Of a DNA stretch of 48,285 nucleotides, positions 11,949 through 23,800 are shown piece after piece (position 1 is the stretch's first letter; every line of letters starts with the position of its first letter). Source of the stretch: Reclinomonas americana ATCC 50394. Taxonomy: Eukaryota. Where the stretch lies: contig PS015169.1 in the NCBI GenBank assembly GCA_048213135.1, positions 85,733 through 134,017 on the forward strand, given 5' to 3'. A program made the position numbers and the translations under genes. The notes under the pieces are model-generated. The model saw only the letters and a program-made list of their open reading frames with translations. It was not told the DNA's origin and ran no database searches.

Positions 11949-14900
11949 TCATTCATCGCCCACCGCCAGCGCCACACGTGCACTGGCGGTCGCGGCCGCA
12001 CGGCCGCCTCGTCGACGGGCATACGATTGCGCCACCTCCTCCTCATCCTCCTCGTCCTCCTGCATCGGTGCATCCTCCACAATGCGGACGGTGCGGTGTC
12101 GCGGTGCTGCGGCAGTTGCCGACGCCTTGCCAGAGACAGTCAGCGCGGCGGCGCCGGGGACCGTGAAGGCGGCCGGATCAATCGTCACGCTCTTGGTCTG
12201 GTTGTGGGTCTTGTAGATGCCGACGAGGCGATCGGCCAGCTCGAACATGTTGTTGCGCAGGGAGATGATGACAAACTGCGCGTTCTTCGTGCGCTGCTTG
12301 ATGTAGTTGGCCACAATGCTGACGTTCTTGAAGTCGAGCGCCGCGTCAATCTCGTCCATCACATACAGCGGCGTCGGCTTGTAGTGATGCAGCGCAAACA
12401 CCAGCGCCAGTGAGCTCAGCGTCTTTTCGCCACCCGACAGGTTGCTAATGTTCTTCCAGCTCTTCTTCGGCGGTCGCACGCTGAACACGATGCCCTCGGA
12501 GAATGGATCCAGGCTGTCGACCAGCTCCAGCTCGGCGTCGCCGCCCTGCGGGAAAAAGGCAAAGGGAAGTGGTGAGGGGAGGAGAAGGAGAAGGAGAAGG
12601 AGAAAGAGAAANNNNNNNNNNNNNNNNNNNNNNNNNNNNNAGAAGGAGAAGGAGAAGGAGAAGGAGAAGGAGAAGGAGAAGGAGAAGGAGAAGGAGAAGG
12701 AGAAGGAGAAGGAGAAGGAGAAGGAGAAGGAGAAGGAGAAGGAGAAAGAGAAGGAGAAGGAGAAGGAGAAAGAGAAAGTGGAGGAGATAGAGAAAGTGGA
12801 GGAGAAAGAGAAGGAGAGTGAGAAAGAGAAGGAGAAGGAGAAAGAGAAAGGAAGAGAAGGGGGAGAGGAGTGGAGGAGAGAAGGGAAGACAAATTAGATT
12901 TGAATAGGGGAGAAAGAGATAAGAAGAACGATAACGGACAGAAGTGGTGGAATGGAAGCCGAAGAGACTGAGGAGATAATAGAAGAAGCCCACAGAGAAA
13001 GAGACAGCCATTTCCTTGCTACTCGCTCTGCTCTTACCACTCGCTCGTTCTCTCCCCTTCTATCCACCTCTTTCCCTTTCCTTTCTCCCTTCCCTTCCCG
13101 TTGCCTCACCAACGTAATCATCTGGTACATCTCCTTCAGCTTCATGGTGATGACCGAGAAGCCGGCCATGAACTCCTCCAGTCGCTGTTTCCTCAGCTCG
13201 TCGAAGCGACGCTGCGACGCATTGCGTCGATCAGTGACCTCATTCAACTCGCCGAGTCGCTCCTGGTAGTCGCGGTCCTTGGCACGGTACTCGGCAATGG
13301 CCGCCAGGTTCGGCTTCAGGTGCCTCAACGACTCGTCCACAATGGCGATCTCGCGCTCCAGCGACGTCTTGTCCAGGCGTTGCAGCTCGCGCTCGGTCAG
13401 CTCGCCAAACGTGTAGCGGCCACGCTGCTTGGGCAGTGGCGGTGGCGGTGCGGCCTTCTGCGAGCGCCTCTGCGGCTGTCGCTGTGCGCCTCGGCCGCGT
13501 CGTCGCTGACGCTGCTTCTGGCTGCTCGGACCCGCACCGTCCTCGTCTTCCACCTCATCCTGTTCCGCCTCTTCCTCTTCTTCCTCCACCTCCTCCCGCT
13601 CCTCCGCCTCGTTCTCCTTGTCTTCGCCCTCGCCGTCTTGCTCGCCCTCGGCGTCCTCGGCGGGCAGGAATTCGGCGATTCTGTGTGATTTCCTAACCAT
13701 GAGCAACCCGTATCGTGGCTGTCGAGTGAAGACGAGCGCACGCAACTCTTGGTTCTGCTCCACCACCTCCAGCAACTGCTTGTCCCAGTGCTTGACGCGT
13801 GAGGCACTCTCCTTGACCACACGGAGCAGGTCGTCCAGCTGATTTTGCACATCGATTTCGGCATCCTTCAGCATGTGCACCTTTTGCTTCAGCCCGCCGT
13901 ACGACGACTGCACGCCGTCCAGCTCCTCCTTTTTCTCGTCCAACAACTGCGCGACACACAATAGCACGTGAGTGAACGCCGAGGGTTCTTATATCCAGAG
14001 CAGTGCTGGGGTCCGACTCACCGCCTGGATCTCCTTGAACTTGTTCATCACAATGAACGCCTGGTCCTCCAGTGCCTTGAACTCCTGCGTCTTCTCCTCC
14101 AGAGTGCGGTCGAGCTCCTCCAACTCAGCCTCCATGCGCACAATGGCTTGCTCCGACTTTTTGGCGTTCTTCTCGCACGTGCGCAGCTGCACCTCGGCCT
14201 TGGCACCCGCACGCTCCGCGTCGTCCAGCTCCTTGGTCAGCGACTCGACCTTGTACTTTTGCGATTGCAGCCGCACGCCGCCCACGTCCGAAATCTGCTT
14301 CTGCAGAGCGTCCACTTGCTGCTGCAGTGCCTGTGCGTCCTCCTCAGCCCCGGCCAACTCGCGCTCGCATTGCTTGATGCGCTTCTCGGCCTCCTTGACT
14401 TGTGCAGCAGTCTCGCGCGACATGACGCACCGCGGCTCAATCTCCTCCAGTTGCTGTTCCAGGTCGGCACGCTGGGCGGTCTTGGACTGCGGAGACGAAG
14501 TAGAGAGTTGTCAGAACGCCTTCAGTTTTCCTCATTCTCTTCTCCCTTTCCGTGTACAAACCTCAAACTCCATGCGAGCCTTGCTGATCACTTGCTCGGC
14601 CTCCTTGGCGTCCCTCTCCAGCTGCGACAGTTGCTGCTCAAGCGCCTCGCGGCGCGCCGTCAGCTCTTGCAGCTGCTGTTGCAGCTCGGCGACCGATGCA
14701 CGAGTGCTCTCGACCTCCTGCTGGGTGACCGTGCCCGCCGAACGGAATCGCGAGCTCATGCCACCACGCGACGGCTTGTCGCCACCGCCACTCATGGTAC
14801 CCGACGTGTCAATGAGTTTGCCGTCCAGGGTGACCACTCGGTGACGACGCTGCTTGTTGTAGGCAATTCGTGTGGCCTGGTCCAAGTCGCGTGCCACCAG

Positions 14901-17900
14901 CGTGTCTTGCAGGGCAAAGTAGAAGGCGGGGCGGAAGATTTCGTCGCGCGGCTCAATTTGATCAAACAGGCTGCGGGAATGGTGGAAGGGTGAATGACAG
15001 AAAGTGATCAACAAGAGATAGAATCGCACACATACCGAGCCACATTCTCCGGCGCCTCGAATGGCTGGCGCATGCGTGCCTCCGCATCGGCAATCTTGTT
15101 CAGCATAATGAAAGTGGCGCGACCGAGATTGCGCTTCCTGCAAATGACAGAGAGTCAGCTCTCACTCATCATCCCCGCTACCCTCTTCCGCTTGGCGCAA
15201 CTTCAAGAATTGAACGCATTTCTGGCCGACCTTGTCATCGGCCACCACAATGTGATCGAGCGCAGAGCACGCGGTCGTCACGGCCACGTCGAGCGAGTCA
15301 TCGATGCGGCCGAGATCGCCCAGGCGGCCGTACACGCCGGGCAACAATCCAGCCTCACACGCCTGCATCAACGAGTCCTTGACTCCGCTGCGCGAGCGGG
15401 CGTTCTGGAAGGTGAATTCCTTGTCCTCCAGCTCGCTGCGCGCTGTGGCCAGCTGCTGTCGCACATGAACCTCTTGCTCGCACACGCGCTGCGGAGGGGC
15501 GAGAGGGGAGAAGGGGTGAGGCCTCCCAAAAAAACTGCAAGGGAGATGTGTGTGGTGCGGACAAACCTCGAATTCGGTCTTCTTGCGTGCCGCCTCCTTC
15601 TCCAGCTGCTTGAGGCGGCGACTGTACTCGTCGATCTCGGCAGAGCACCGCTCAATGGCGTCCACTGCCTCGCCCAGCTGCTGTTGCGTCTGCGTGCGCT
15701 GCGCCACAGCCTGCTCCACTGTCAGTTGCGCCAGATGCAGCGTCTGTCGCGCCAGCTCGACCTCCTTTCGTCGCTCGACAATGATCTCCTGACGCGGCAT
15801 CAGTTGGCGCAAGAGCTCCTCCAGCTGCTTGCGCAACTGCTCGGTCTGCCCGCGCAGCGAGTCCATGATTCGGTCGAGCTCGGGCTTCTCGCGCGCCAGC
15901 TGCCGGCTGAGATTGGCGGTCTGTGCTTGCCGGGCATCGATTTCGCCCGTCAAGTTGGCCGACTGGGCACACCAGCACGTGAAAGATGAGCACACACTGC
16001 CTATCCAAGTTTTTTTTGCCGAACAATCTACAAACCTCCGACTGCAGCTGCACGGCCTTCTTGCGCTCCTTCTCAATGTTGCCCTCGATCTTCTTGCGCT
16101 GCGTCTTGCTGTGCTTGATGTCCTCGCGGAACTTGATGTCCTTGCGCTCGAACGCGGCAAACTCGGCCTTGCTCTCGCCCAGCGACTTCTCCAGCGCCTC
16201 ATACTCGGCCTTGATGCCCCCGTAGTGACCCTGCGCGCCGGCCAACTCCTCGTCGGCGGCCTTGAGCTGCTCGCCAATCTCGGTCTTGCGGTCCTGCACC
16301 GCCTGCATGCGTGCCTCGGCGTCGCCGGCACGCGTCCGGGCCTCGCGGCGCATCACCTGCGCCTGCTTGTGCTGCAGCACCAGCAACTGGTGCTGCTTCA
16401 GCACGTACTGCTCGGCCTCCAGCTTGCCGCTGCGCAGCGAGTCGCACTCGCTCTCCGCCATCTTGACGCGGTTCAGCTTTTGCGTGCGCTCCTCGTTGAG
16501 CTCCTCCACCGCCTTTTCCGCCTCCGCAATGCCCTCTTTCAGGCGGTTGGAGCCGATCAGATCCTCAATGTACTCCAGCAGACCGGTTTCGTGTTCCGTG
16601 GCGCCCTTGGGTTTCATCATGGCGATTTGCTCCACCTGAAATAAGGGAAAGGGATTGAGGAAATAATAGGGGGGATTTAGGGGAAGGGAAAGGGGAAGGA
16701 AAAGAAAAGAGAGAGAGACAGATCCCCTGTTCAGCACTCACCTCGCCCTGCAGAATCAAGAAGCGATTGTGATTCAGATCAATGCCCTTGCCCTTCAGCA
16801 GATCGGCGACCTCATTGCGGGTCGCGCGGTGACCGTTGATGGTGTACACCGATGTGTTGTTGCGCATGGCCTTGCGACCGACGGAGAATTCGGTGCCTGG
16901 CACCGATCGGTACGCCGTGCCGCTGTCGTCGAGGTCGACAATCTCCTCGAAATGCACTACCACCGAGGCCGATTCCAGGTTGGGGTAGGCGTCGGAGTGG
17001 TGAATGAGCTCGGCGACCTTCTTCTGTCGCAGCTCGTGTGCCGGCTTGGTGAACACGAAGAGCATGGCGTCGATGACGTTGGATTTGCCGCTGCCGTTCG
17101 GGCCGACAATGGAGGTGAAGCACTGTGCGGAGGGGGAAGGGCGGTGAGGCAAAAGGGGGAAGGGAGGGGAAGGGAAAGGGAAAGGCAAAGGTGGGTAAGG
17201 AGGGAAAGGAGGGACAGAAGGGGAAGGTAGAGGGGAGAGCAAATCTAGAAACAGGAAAGAGAGTGGTGATAGAGAAAAGAGAAGAGAACAAAGGAATGGG
17301 AAGAGTGAGAGACAGAAGGGAGTGAAAGATAACGTCCACACAGAGGTGGTGACCGTGTGATCAAGGGTTGTTGGAGTTGCGAAGTGGAGATCGTGATGAG
17401 CGAGGCAAAGAGTGAATCAGAAGACACAATCACTTTTCGGTGAGAGAAGTCTCGCGTGTCTTTCTCTCACGCATTCAACCTGCGTGAGTGCAAGGATGCT
17501 CTCGCTGGGACTGCAGAACGAGTGATCTTCTCTCTCATCCTTCACAAGACACACATCCTATGTTCCTCTTTCGCTATCATGTGAGCACACTTCTCGTCTG
17601 AGTCTGTAGTGCGACTGATCTCCCCTCGTTATAAGCTTGTGTGTCCATTCTCAGCGCTGAGAACACTCGAGTAACACATGCTGTTTCTGTTCCCTATAAT
17701 CCTTCCCATTCATTTCTTTCCTCTCTTTCTGTGTTTGTTGTGCGACTGATATGCCCTCTGTCATCAAACACACATAGCTATTGCTCTCCTCTCACTGATA
17801 GCTTGCGCTAGTGTGAGTAATGAGAGACCTCACTTGCTGCCAAACAAAACACGCACACGAAGCACACAATTCTATCTGAATCTGTTGAGAGAGTGATCTC

Positions 17901-18263
17901 CCCTCTCATCTAAAACACACACAGCCGTCGCTCTCCTCTCACAGATAGCTTGCGCTCATGTGAGTAAGGAGAGCCCTCACTAACCCACACGATACACACG
18001 CAGTGCACACAAGATGCGGTGTATGTGTGTGTGTTTCTCTCTCTCAAGGGCGCTCTCTCTCATCTTCATTCCTCTCTCTCTTCCCCTTTCTCCCTCTCCT
18101 CCCCCCTCCCTGCCCCTTCCTCTCTCTCTCTCTCTCCTCTCCTCCCACACACACACACCTGATGAAACGGCCCAATCGTCTGCACACCCGCATACGACTT
18201 GAAGTTCTCCAACACCATCTGCTTGATCATCAACCGCCGCACCTCGCCAGACGCAGACGCCAT
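11949..18263 (-). CDS. SMC4: Structural maintenance of chromosomes protein 4 (condensin subunit), 11 exons
   Basis: N-terminus [42 protein letters not shown] (Walker A), NHNRFLILQGEVEQIAMMKPK, hinge (GVYGRLGDLG; GKLIDTSGTMSGGG), C-terminus SVRPPKKSWKNISNLSGGEKTLSSLALVFALHHYKPTPLYVMDEIDAALD. All ten introns are GT-AG and phase-consistent. Confidence 0.98.
12578..12850. repeat. (GGAGAA)n hexamer repeat in last SMC4 intron
   Basis: Directly visible, with a small gap. Confidence 0.95.
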
Positions 18264-18363
18264 TCTTCCTCTCTCACAAAACACAACACAACACACACAC
18301 AAAGACAGAGAGAGAAAGAGAAAGTGGTCGCCTTCTCTCACCACTCGGTCGAAAAAAGTGCGC

Positions 18364-18387
18364 GCGCGAAATGGTTTTTTGTAACGG
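18364..18387 (-). promoter_or_regulatory. Candidate E2F site (TTTCGCGC) and adjacent MYB/MSA-like TAACGG upstream of SMC4
   Basis: GCGCGAAA at 18364-18371 and TAACGG at 18382-18387, about 100 nt upstream of the SMC4 ATG. Motif match only. Confidence 0.45.
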
Positions 18388-18531
18388 TCACAAATTCAAC
18401 TTTTTGCAAAGTTCTTCCGACACTCACAGAGAGAGACAGAGAGTGAGAGAGTGCATGTTCCACACTTGCACTTGAGCTTCTTCTTTCTTTGAGTGTGTGT
18501 TTGTTTGTTTGTTTGTTTGTTTGTGCTGTGA

Positions 18532-18836
18532 ATGCTCAAGTTTGTGTTGGGTGTTGGAGTGGGCGGGTTGCTTGCGGCGTTTGTGTATCGCTTTTGGCCG
18601 TCGTCGTGGTGGCCATTTGCGCGCGGAAGTGAGAAGAGTGAGCAAGGTGAGTGTGGAGAGAGAGAGAAGGAGGAGGAGAGGAGTGGAGATAGAGATCACG
18701 ACTGGTGCACTCTGTGTGTTCTCTCTGTCTCTCTCATTGCGTTTGTGAGTCTCTCTTGTTCTCTCGTCCTCTTCCTCCTCTCTCTCTCTCTCTCTCTGTG
18801 CTTCTCTTGTGATCAGTGTTCACAAACGATTCCTGA
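18532..18836 (+). CDS. Putative 44-aa single-pass membrane micropeptide (2 exons)
   Basis: Exon 18532-18646 ends at G|GTGAGT; exon 18817-18836 follows a pyrimidine tract and CAG. Product MLKFVLGVGVGGLLAAFVYRFWPSSWWPFARGSEKSEQVFTNDS*. Confidence 0.45.
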
Positions 18837-18890
18837 CAAGAAATTATTCCTTCGCGACAACTCGTCACTGTGGACACACTGAGTGAGTGA

Positions 18891-18926
<36 letters not shown>

Positions 18927-19300
18927 GGAGGGAGGGAGAGNNNNNNNNNNNNNNNNNNNNNNNNNNNNNNNNNNNNNNNNNNNNNNNNNNNNNNNNNNNN
19001 NNNNNNNNNNNNNNNNNNNNNNNNNNNNNNNNNNNNNNNNNNNNNNNNNNNNNNNNNNNNNNNNNNNNNNNNNNNNNNNNNNNNNNNNNNNNNNNNNNNN
19101 NNNNNNNNNNNNNNNNNNNNNNNNNNNNNNNNNNNNNNNNNNNNNNNNNNNNNNNNNNNNNNNNNNNNNNNNNNNNNNNNNNNNNNNNNNNNNNNNNNNN
19201 NNNNNNNNNNNNNNNNNNNNNNNNNNNNNNNNNNNNNNNNNNNNNNNNNNNNNNNNNNNNNNNNNNNNNNNNNNNNNNNNNNNNNNNNNNNNNNNNNNNN

Positions 19301-20754
19301 TCGACGTCGGTCGACCGCGTCATGTGGTTCATGGCATTCTCGCACACGGAGATGATGCGCGAGTCGGCCTCGTCGGCCACCTCCATCCACGAGTGCAGTA
19401 GGGGCAAGGCTGTGTGCGAAAGTTTGTGAGACACAGATTGGTTTGCAGGCAGCAGGGAAGGACTGCGCACCTTGTTCGCACACGCGATTGAATTGCTCAC
19501 TGCATTGCGCCACCAGCGGCACGTCGCTCGAGTTGTCAAACTTGAGCGTCTTGGCGGCGTACACCATGTTGAGCGCCAGGCTGACCCAGTAGGCCACGCT
19601 GGCCACGCGAGTCAGGGCTGCGAGGGAGAGAGAGAGAGAGTGGTAAAGAGAAAGGGAGGGAGAGAAGGGAAGGGAATGGAGAGAAGGAAAGGGAGAGGGA
19701 GAGAGAGCTGTGAGCGGCGACGAACGAATAAGGAAGGTGGGGTAAATGAAATAACAACACCTTCCACGACATCGGCAATGCCAATCGCGGATTGCTTGTC
19801 CAGTGTGTGTGGCGATGAGCTGGTGGTGGCACAGGGTCAGTCAGGAGTAGAGATATGCAGGGGAAGGGAAGGGAAGGGGAAGGGAAGGGAAGGGAAGGGA
19901 AGGGAAAGAAACAGAAAGAAACAGAAGGAAACAGAAGGAAAAAGAAGGAAGCAGAAGGAAAGAGAAGGAAGCAGAAGGAAACAGAAGGAAAAAGAAGGAA
20001 GCAGAAGGAAACAGAAGGAAACAGAAGGAAACGGAAGGAAGCAGAAGGAAACGGAAGCAAACGGAAGGAAACAAGAAGGAAACAGAAGGAAACGGAAGGA
20101 AACAGAAGGAAACAGAAGGAAACAGAAGGAAACAGAAGGAAACAGAAGGAAACAGAAGGAAGCAGAAGGAAACAGAAGGAAACAGAAGGAAGCAGAAGGA
20201 AACAGAAGGAAAGAGAAGGAAACGGAAGGAAACAGAAGGAAACAGAAGGAAGCAGAAGGAAACAGAAGGAAAGAGAAGGAAACGGAAGGAAACAGAAGGA
20301 AACAGAAGGAAATGGGAAAGAGAAGACCGCACAGGGATTGAGGAACAGAGACTGAAACTTGCTGAATTCCACAATACATCACACGTCTCTCTCTCTCTGA
20401 CATACGCAATCTCTCATTCTCCCTCTGTCTCCCCTCTGTCTGCTCCCACTGTCCTCCCTCTTTTCTGTGCTCTACACTGCTCTCCCACTCTCTCTCCATC
20501 CTCCACTCGCGCGAGCTCTCTCTCTCTCACACTCTATTTCTCTCTCTTCTCTCTCTCTCTCCCCCGTGCTCTCAGTGTCCTCCTCTTCATTCCCTGCTCT
20601 CTCTCTCTCTCTGTCTCTCTCNNNNNNNNNNNNNNNNNNNNNNNNNNNNNNNNNNNNNNNNNNNNNNNNNNNNNNNNNNNNNNNNNNNNNNNNNNNNNNN
20701 NNNNNNNNNNNNNNNNNNNNNNNNNNNNNNNNNNNNNNNNNNNNNNNNNNNNNN

Positions 20755-20853
<99 letters not shown>

Positions 20854-23800
20854 CACTCACGCGCGCGCGCTCTCTCCTCCTCTCTCTCTCTCTCTCTCTC
20901 TCCCCTCTGCTCTCAGTGTCCTCCTCTTCATTTCCTGCTCTCTCTCCTTCTCGGTTACCAACCTGGTCAACGCCTGCTCCAGAGGCGAGCCATACTGCCG
21001 CAGCATCTGCTCGCACTGCCGCAACAAGCGGACCCACTCGCACTCCGCCAGCCACGCAAAGGCACGAGCTCCGTGTCGCGCGCGCTCCGTACCCTCCAGG
21101 AGGCGACGAATGTCCGACACAATCGGCGCCCACACGGCGGCATCCCACTGCGCGAGTTCCTGCTCCAGTGCCGACTCGGTCTGCGTCGAGAGTGCGGGAG
21201 AAGCGTGAGGATCACCATAAACATCATCAACCGAGGCGCGCCTCCAACAGTACCAGTGGTCCCTCACGCTCCGGCAGCAATGCCACCGACGCTGTGGTGA
21301 TGCGCTCGAGCACCGACTCGCGCAACTGATGCAGCTTTTCCACAAACACTCGATCGTAGCCTCGGATCTGCGATTGATGAGCAGGTGGCGCACGTATCAA
21401 CAATGACATGCACGATCACGAACCATGCGCGAGACGGAGAGCGAAATGTGCAGCGCCTTGCGCCGACTGGCAAACTCCTCTGACCTCGCCACCAGCCACA
21501 ATCGAATGTCGGCAATGTCGGACGGTGCACCCGGTGATTGGTGTGAGTTGATAATCTCTACGCAGCGGATACGAATGAGCAGCAAAATGCGATCACTTCT
21601 CTCGTCGTCATACACGCAACTCTGCACTACCGGCAACAGAATGGCACTTCTGGAAGGCGCTCGCTGGGGCGCGGGTGCCGGTGCCGGTGCGGCGATGGGC
21701 TGTGGAGGAGGCGCAGCGGCCTTGGCGGCTGCCAGCGCGGCACGAGCTTCGTTGAGCTGTGCGCGCAGCAACATGGCATCCTCCAGCCGGTCCTCCTCTT
21801 TGGCCAGATTGTACTCGCGCTCCACCGCTCGAATGGCAGTCTCCAGCTTGTCAAATGACGGGGCCGGTGCGGGCGCTGGTGGCGGAGGTGGTGGCGGTGG
21901 CGGCGGAGGCGCGGCAGTGGGAGGACGGGTAATGGTCGTCCACATGTCCAGGGCCTCGCCGTAGCGACCCACGCGAACGAGCTCGTAAAAGGCGCTACAG
22001 GCATTGCGCACGCCGTAAAAGATGCATTGCGGATCCGATACGGCGGCGAAACTCGTGCGGTAGGCTGGGCGAAAAAGGACAGATATGAGTGACACACACT
22101 AACGACTAGCACCCTCTATTTCTCGGCACACCATTCACGTCAATCGCAGCATCGACACTCTCCGCGCGTCCCACCAGCGGGTTGTCAATGGTGGCAGTCT
22201 TCTTGGGAGGGTGAGCGGCAGCAGCACTGTCGTGGTGGCGGTTGACGGCAGGCGGTGATGGAGGCGGGAGTGGTGGGGAAGGCGAGGAGGGCGAGGGGGG
22301 AGAGGGTGGTGACACGGCCACGGAGAGGGTTGCGGCGGCAGTGGTGGTGATGGTGGGTGGTGCACCGCCGGGGGGTTTCCTGAGAATGGAGCCGCGCGGG
22401 GCCGTGGGTGGGAGGTCCGGGGTGGAAGAGGACTGTGGAGGGAAAGGGTGGTGTTAGGGGAAGGGGGCAGGGAAGAGAAGGAACAGGAAGGGGAAGCACA
22501 GAGGGAAGACATGCATCTGTCTCACACGGTTCCCTCTTTGCTACTCTCTCTCAGAAGAGGAAGTGAGCGGAGAAGAGGAGACAAGTACATGTACTCACAA
22601 CAACTTCCTCTCCGTCGTCCCTCTCGTCACTCTGCGCTCTGGCATACTTTCCTCTTCCCTGTCACGAGGAGACCATGAACGCATCCTTACGCTGCTTTGC
22701 TTTCAATATCTCTTGCTCACTCTTTGACTTCCTCTCTGCAGCCCTCTCTGCACGACTCTCTATGCATCTCTCTCACATGTGCGGGGAAAGGGACAGCGAA
22801 TATAGTCAGAGGTGGCATACAAAATATTCTTACTCTGACTTTTCTCTGTTTCCCTCTCTGGGCCCCTCTCCCGCTTGCTCTCTGCTCTCTCTCCCCCTCC
22901 CTCCCTCCCTCTCCCTGTCTCTCTCCCCGATGCACTCACCTCACCGGCCGTCGGCCACACCTCATCCGGTCCGACATACGGCGGCGCGTCGTGATACGTA
23001 TTGTGATCAAAGTCGAACTTGACGCGCGTGGCCACGTGCGAGGGACGCGGATCTGCACACACTTACACACGGTGAGCGGGCGCCCGACACCCCATTTCCA
23101 CAAATGTGGGTGACACGCAACTGCTCAAGTACACGGCATTCCACTCGCGCACTTTTGGGTGCGCCTTGGGGGGCTCTGGAGCCGCGGCGGCGGTCAGAGA
23201 TGCGCGCAGGCTCGACGCAGAAGGGAAACCCGACTTGCGCGATCCCGCTGGTGGTTTGGGAGCTTCGCGGACCTCCACTGCGCGGCATGCATGGTGAGAA
23301 CACAAGGTCAAAGAAGGAAGGTCGATCGCAAAACACACACACACCCTTTGGCGCAGGCGCGACGATTGTCGGCGGCGCAGGCACTGGAGCGGCGGCAAAT
23401 TCGGCCCACTCGTCATCCGCGCCGGCGGTGGTCTGCGCTTGCACTGCTGGCGCCTGCTGTTGAGGAGGTGACCACGTGAAATCCATCTGCGAGGCCGGAG
23501 TACTGTATACAGGCGACGCGGCAAGGGGATCGGGCGTCGGTGGCGTGAAGCAGTCGGCGGGAGTGGGCGAAAAGTCGCTGCCAGAGTCGGCCATGACCAC
23601 GGCTGCCACTTGTGGCACTTGTACCTTGACTTGCGGCGGAGCTTTGGGTGCGGCAGGGGGCCAGGCGGGTGCTGCGACGGTGGTGGCCGCGTGCTCGCCC
23701 GCGGTGGTGTGGTCGGCAAAGCTCTCCCATTCGTCGCCGTCGTCGTCGGCAGCAGCAGAGGCGGCGGCAATGGGGGTGGCTGATAGAGGGAAGGATGGAA

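Noticed and set aside
12894-16644. Long plus-strand ORFs antisense to SMC4 (e.g. 13968-14993, 14994-15989, 15829-16644)
   Set aside because: Expected shadows of a GC-rich coding strand; no recognisable motifs.
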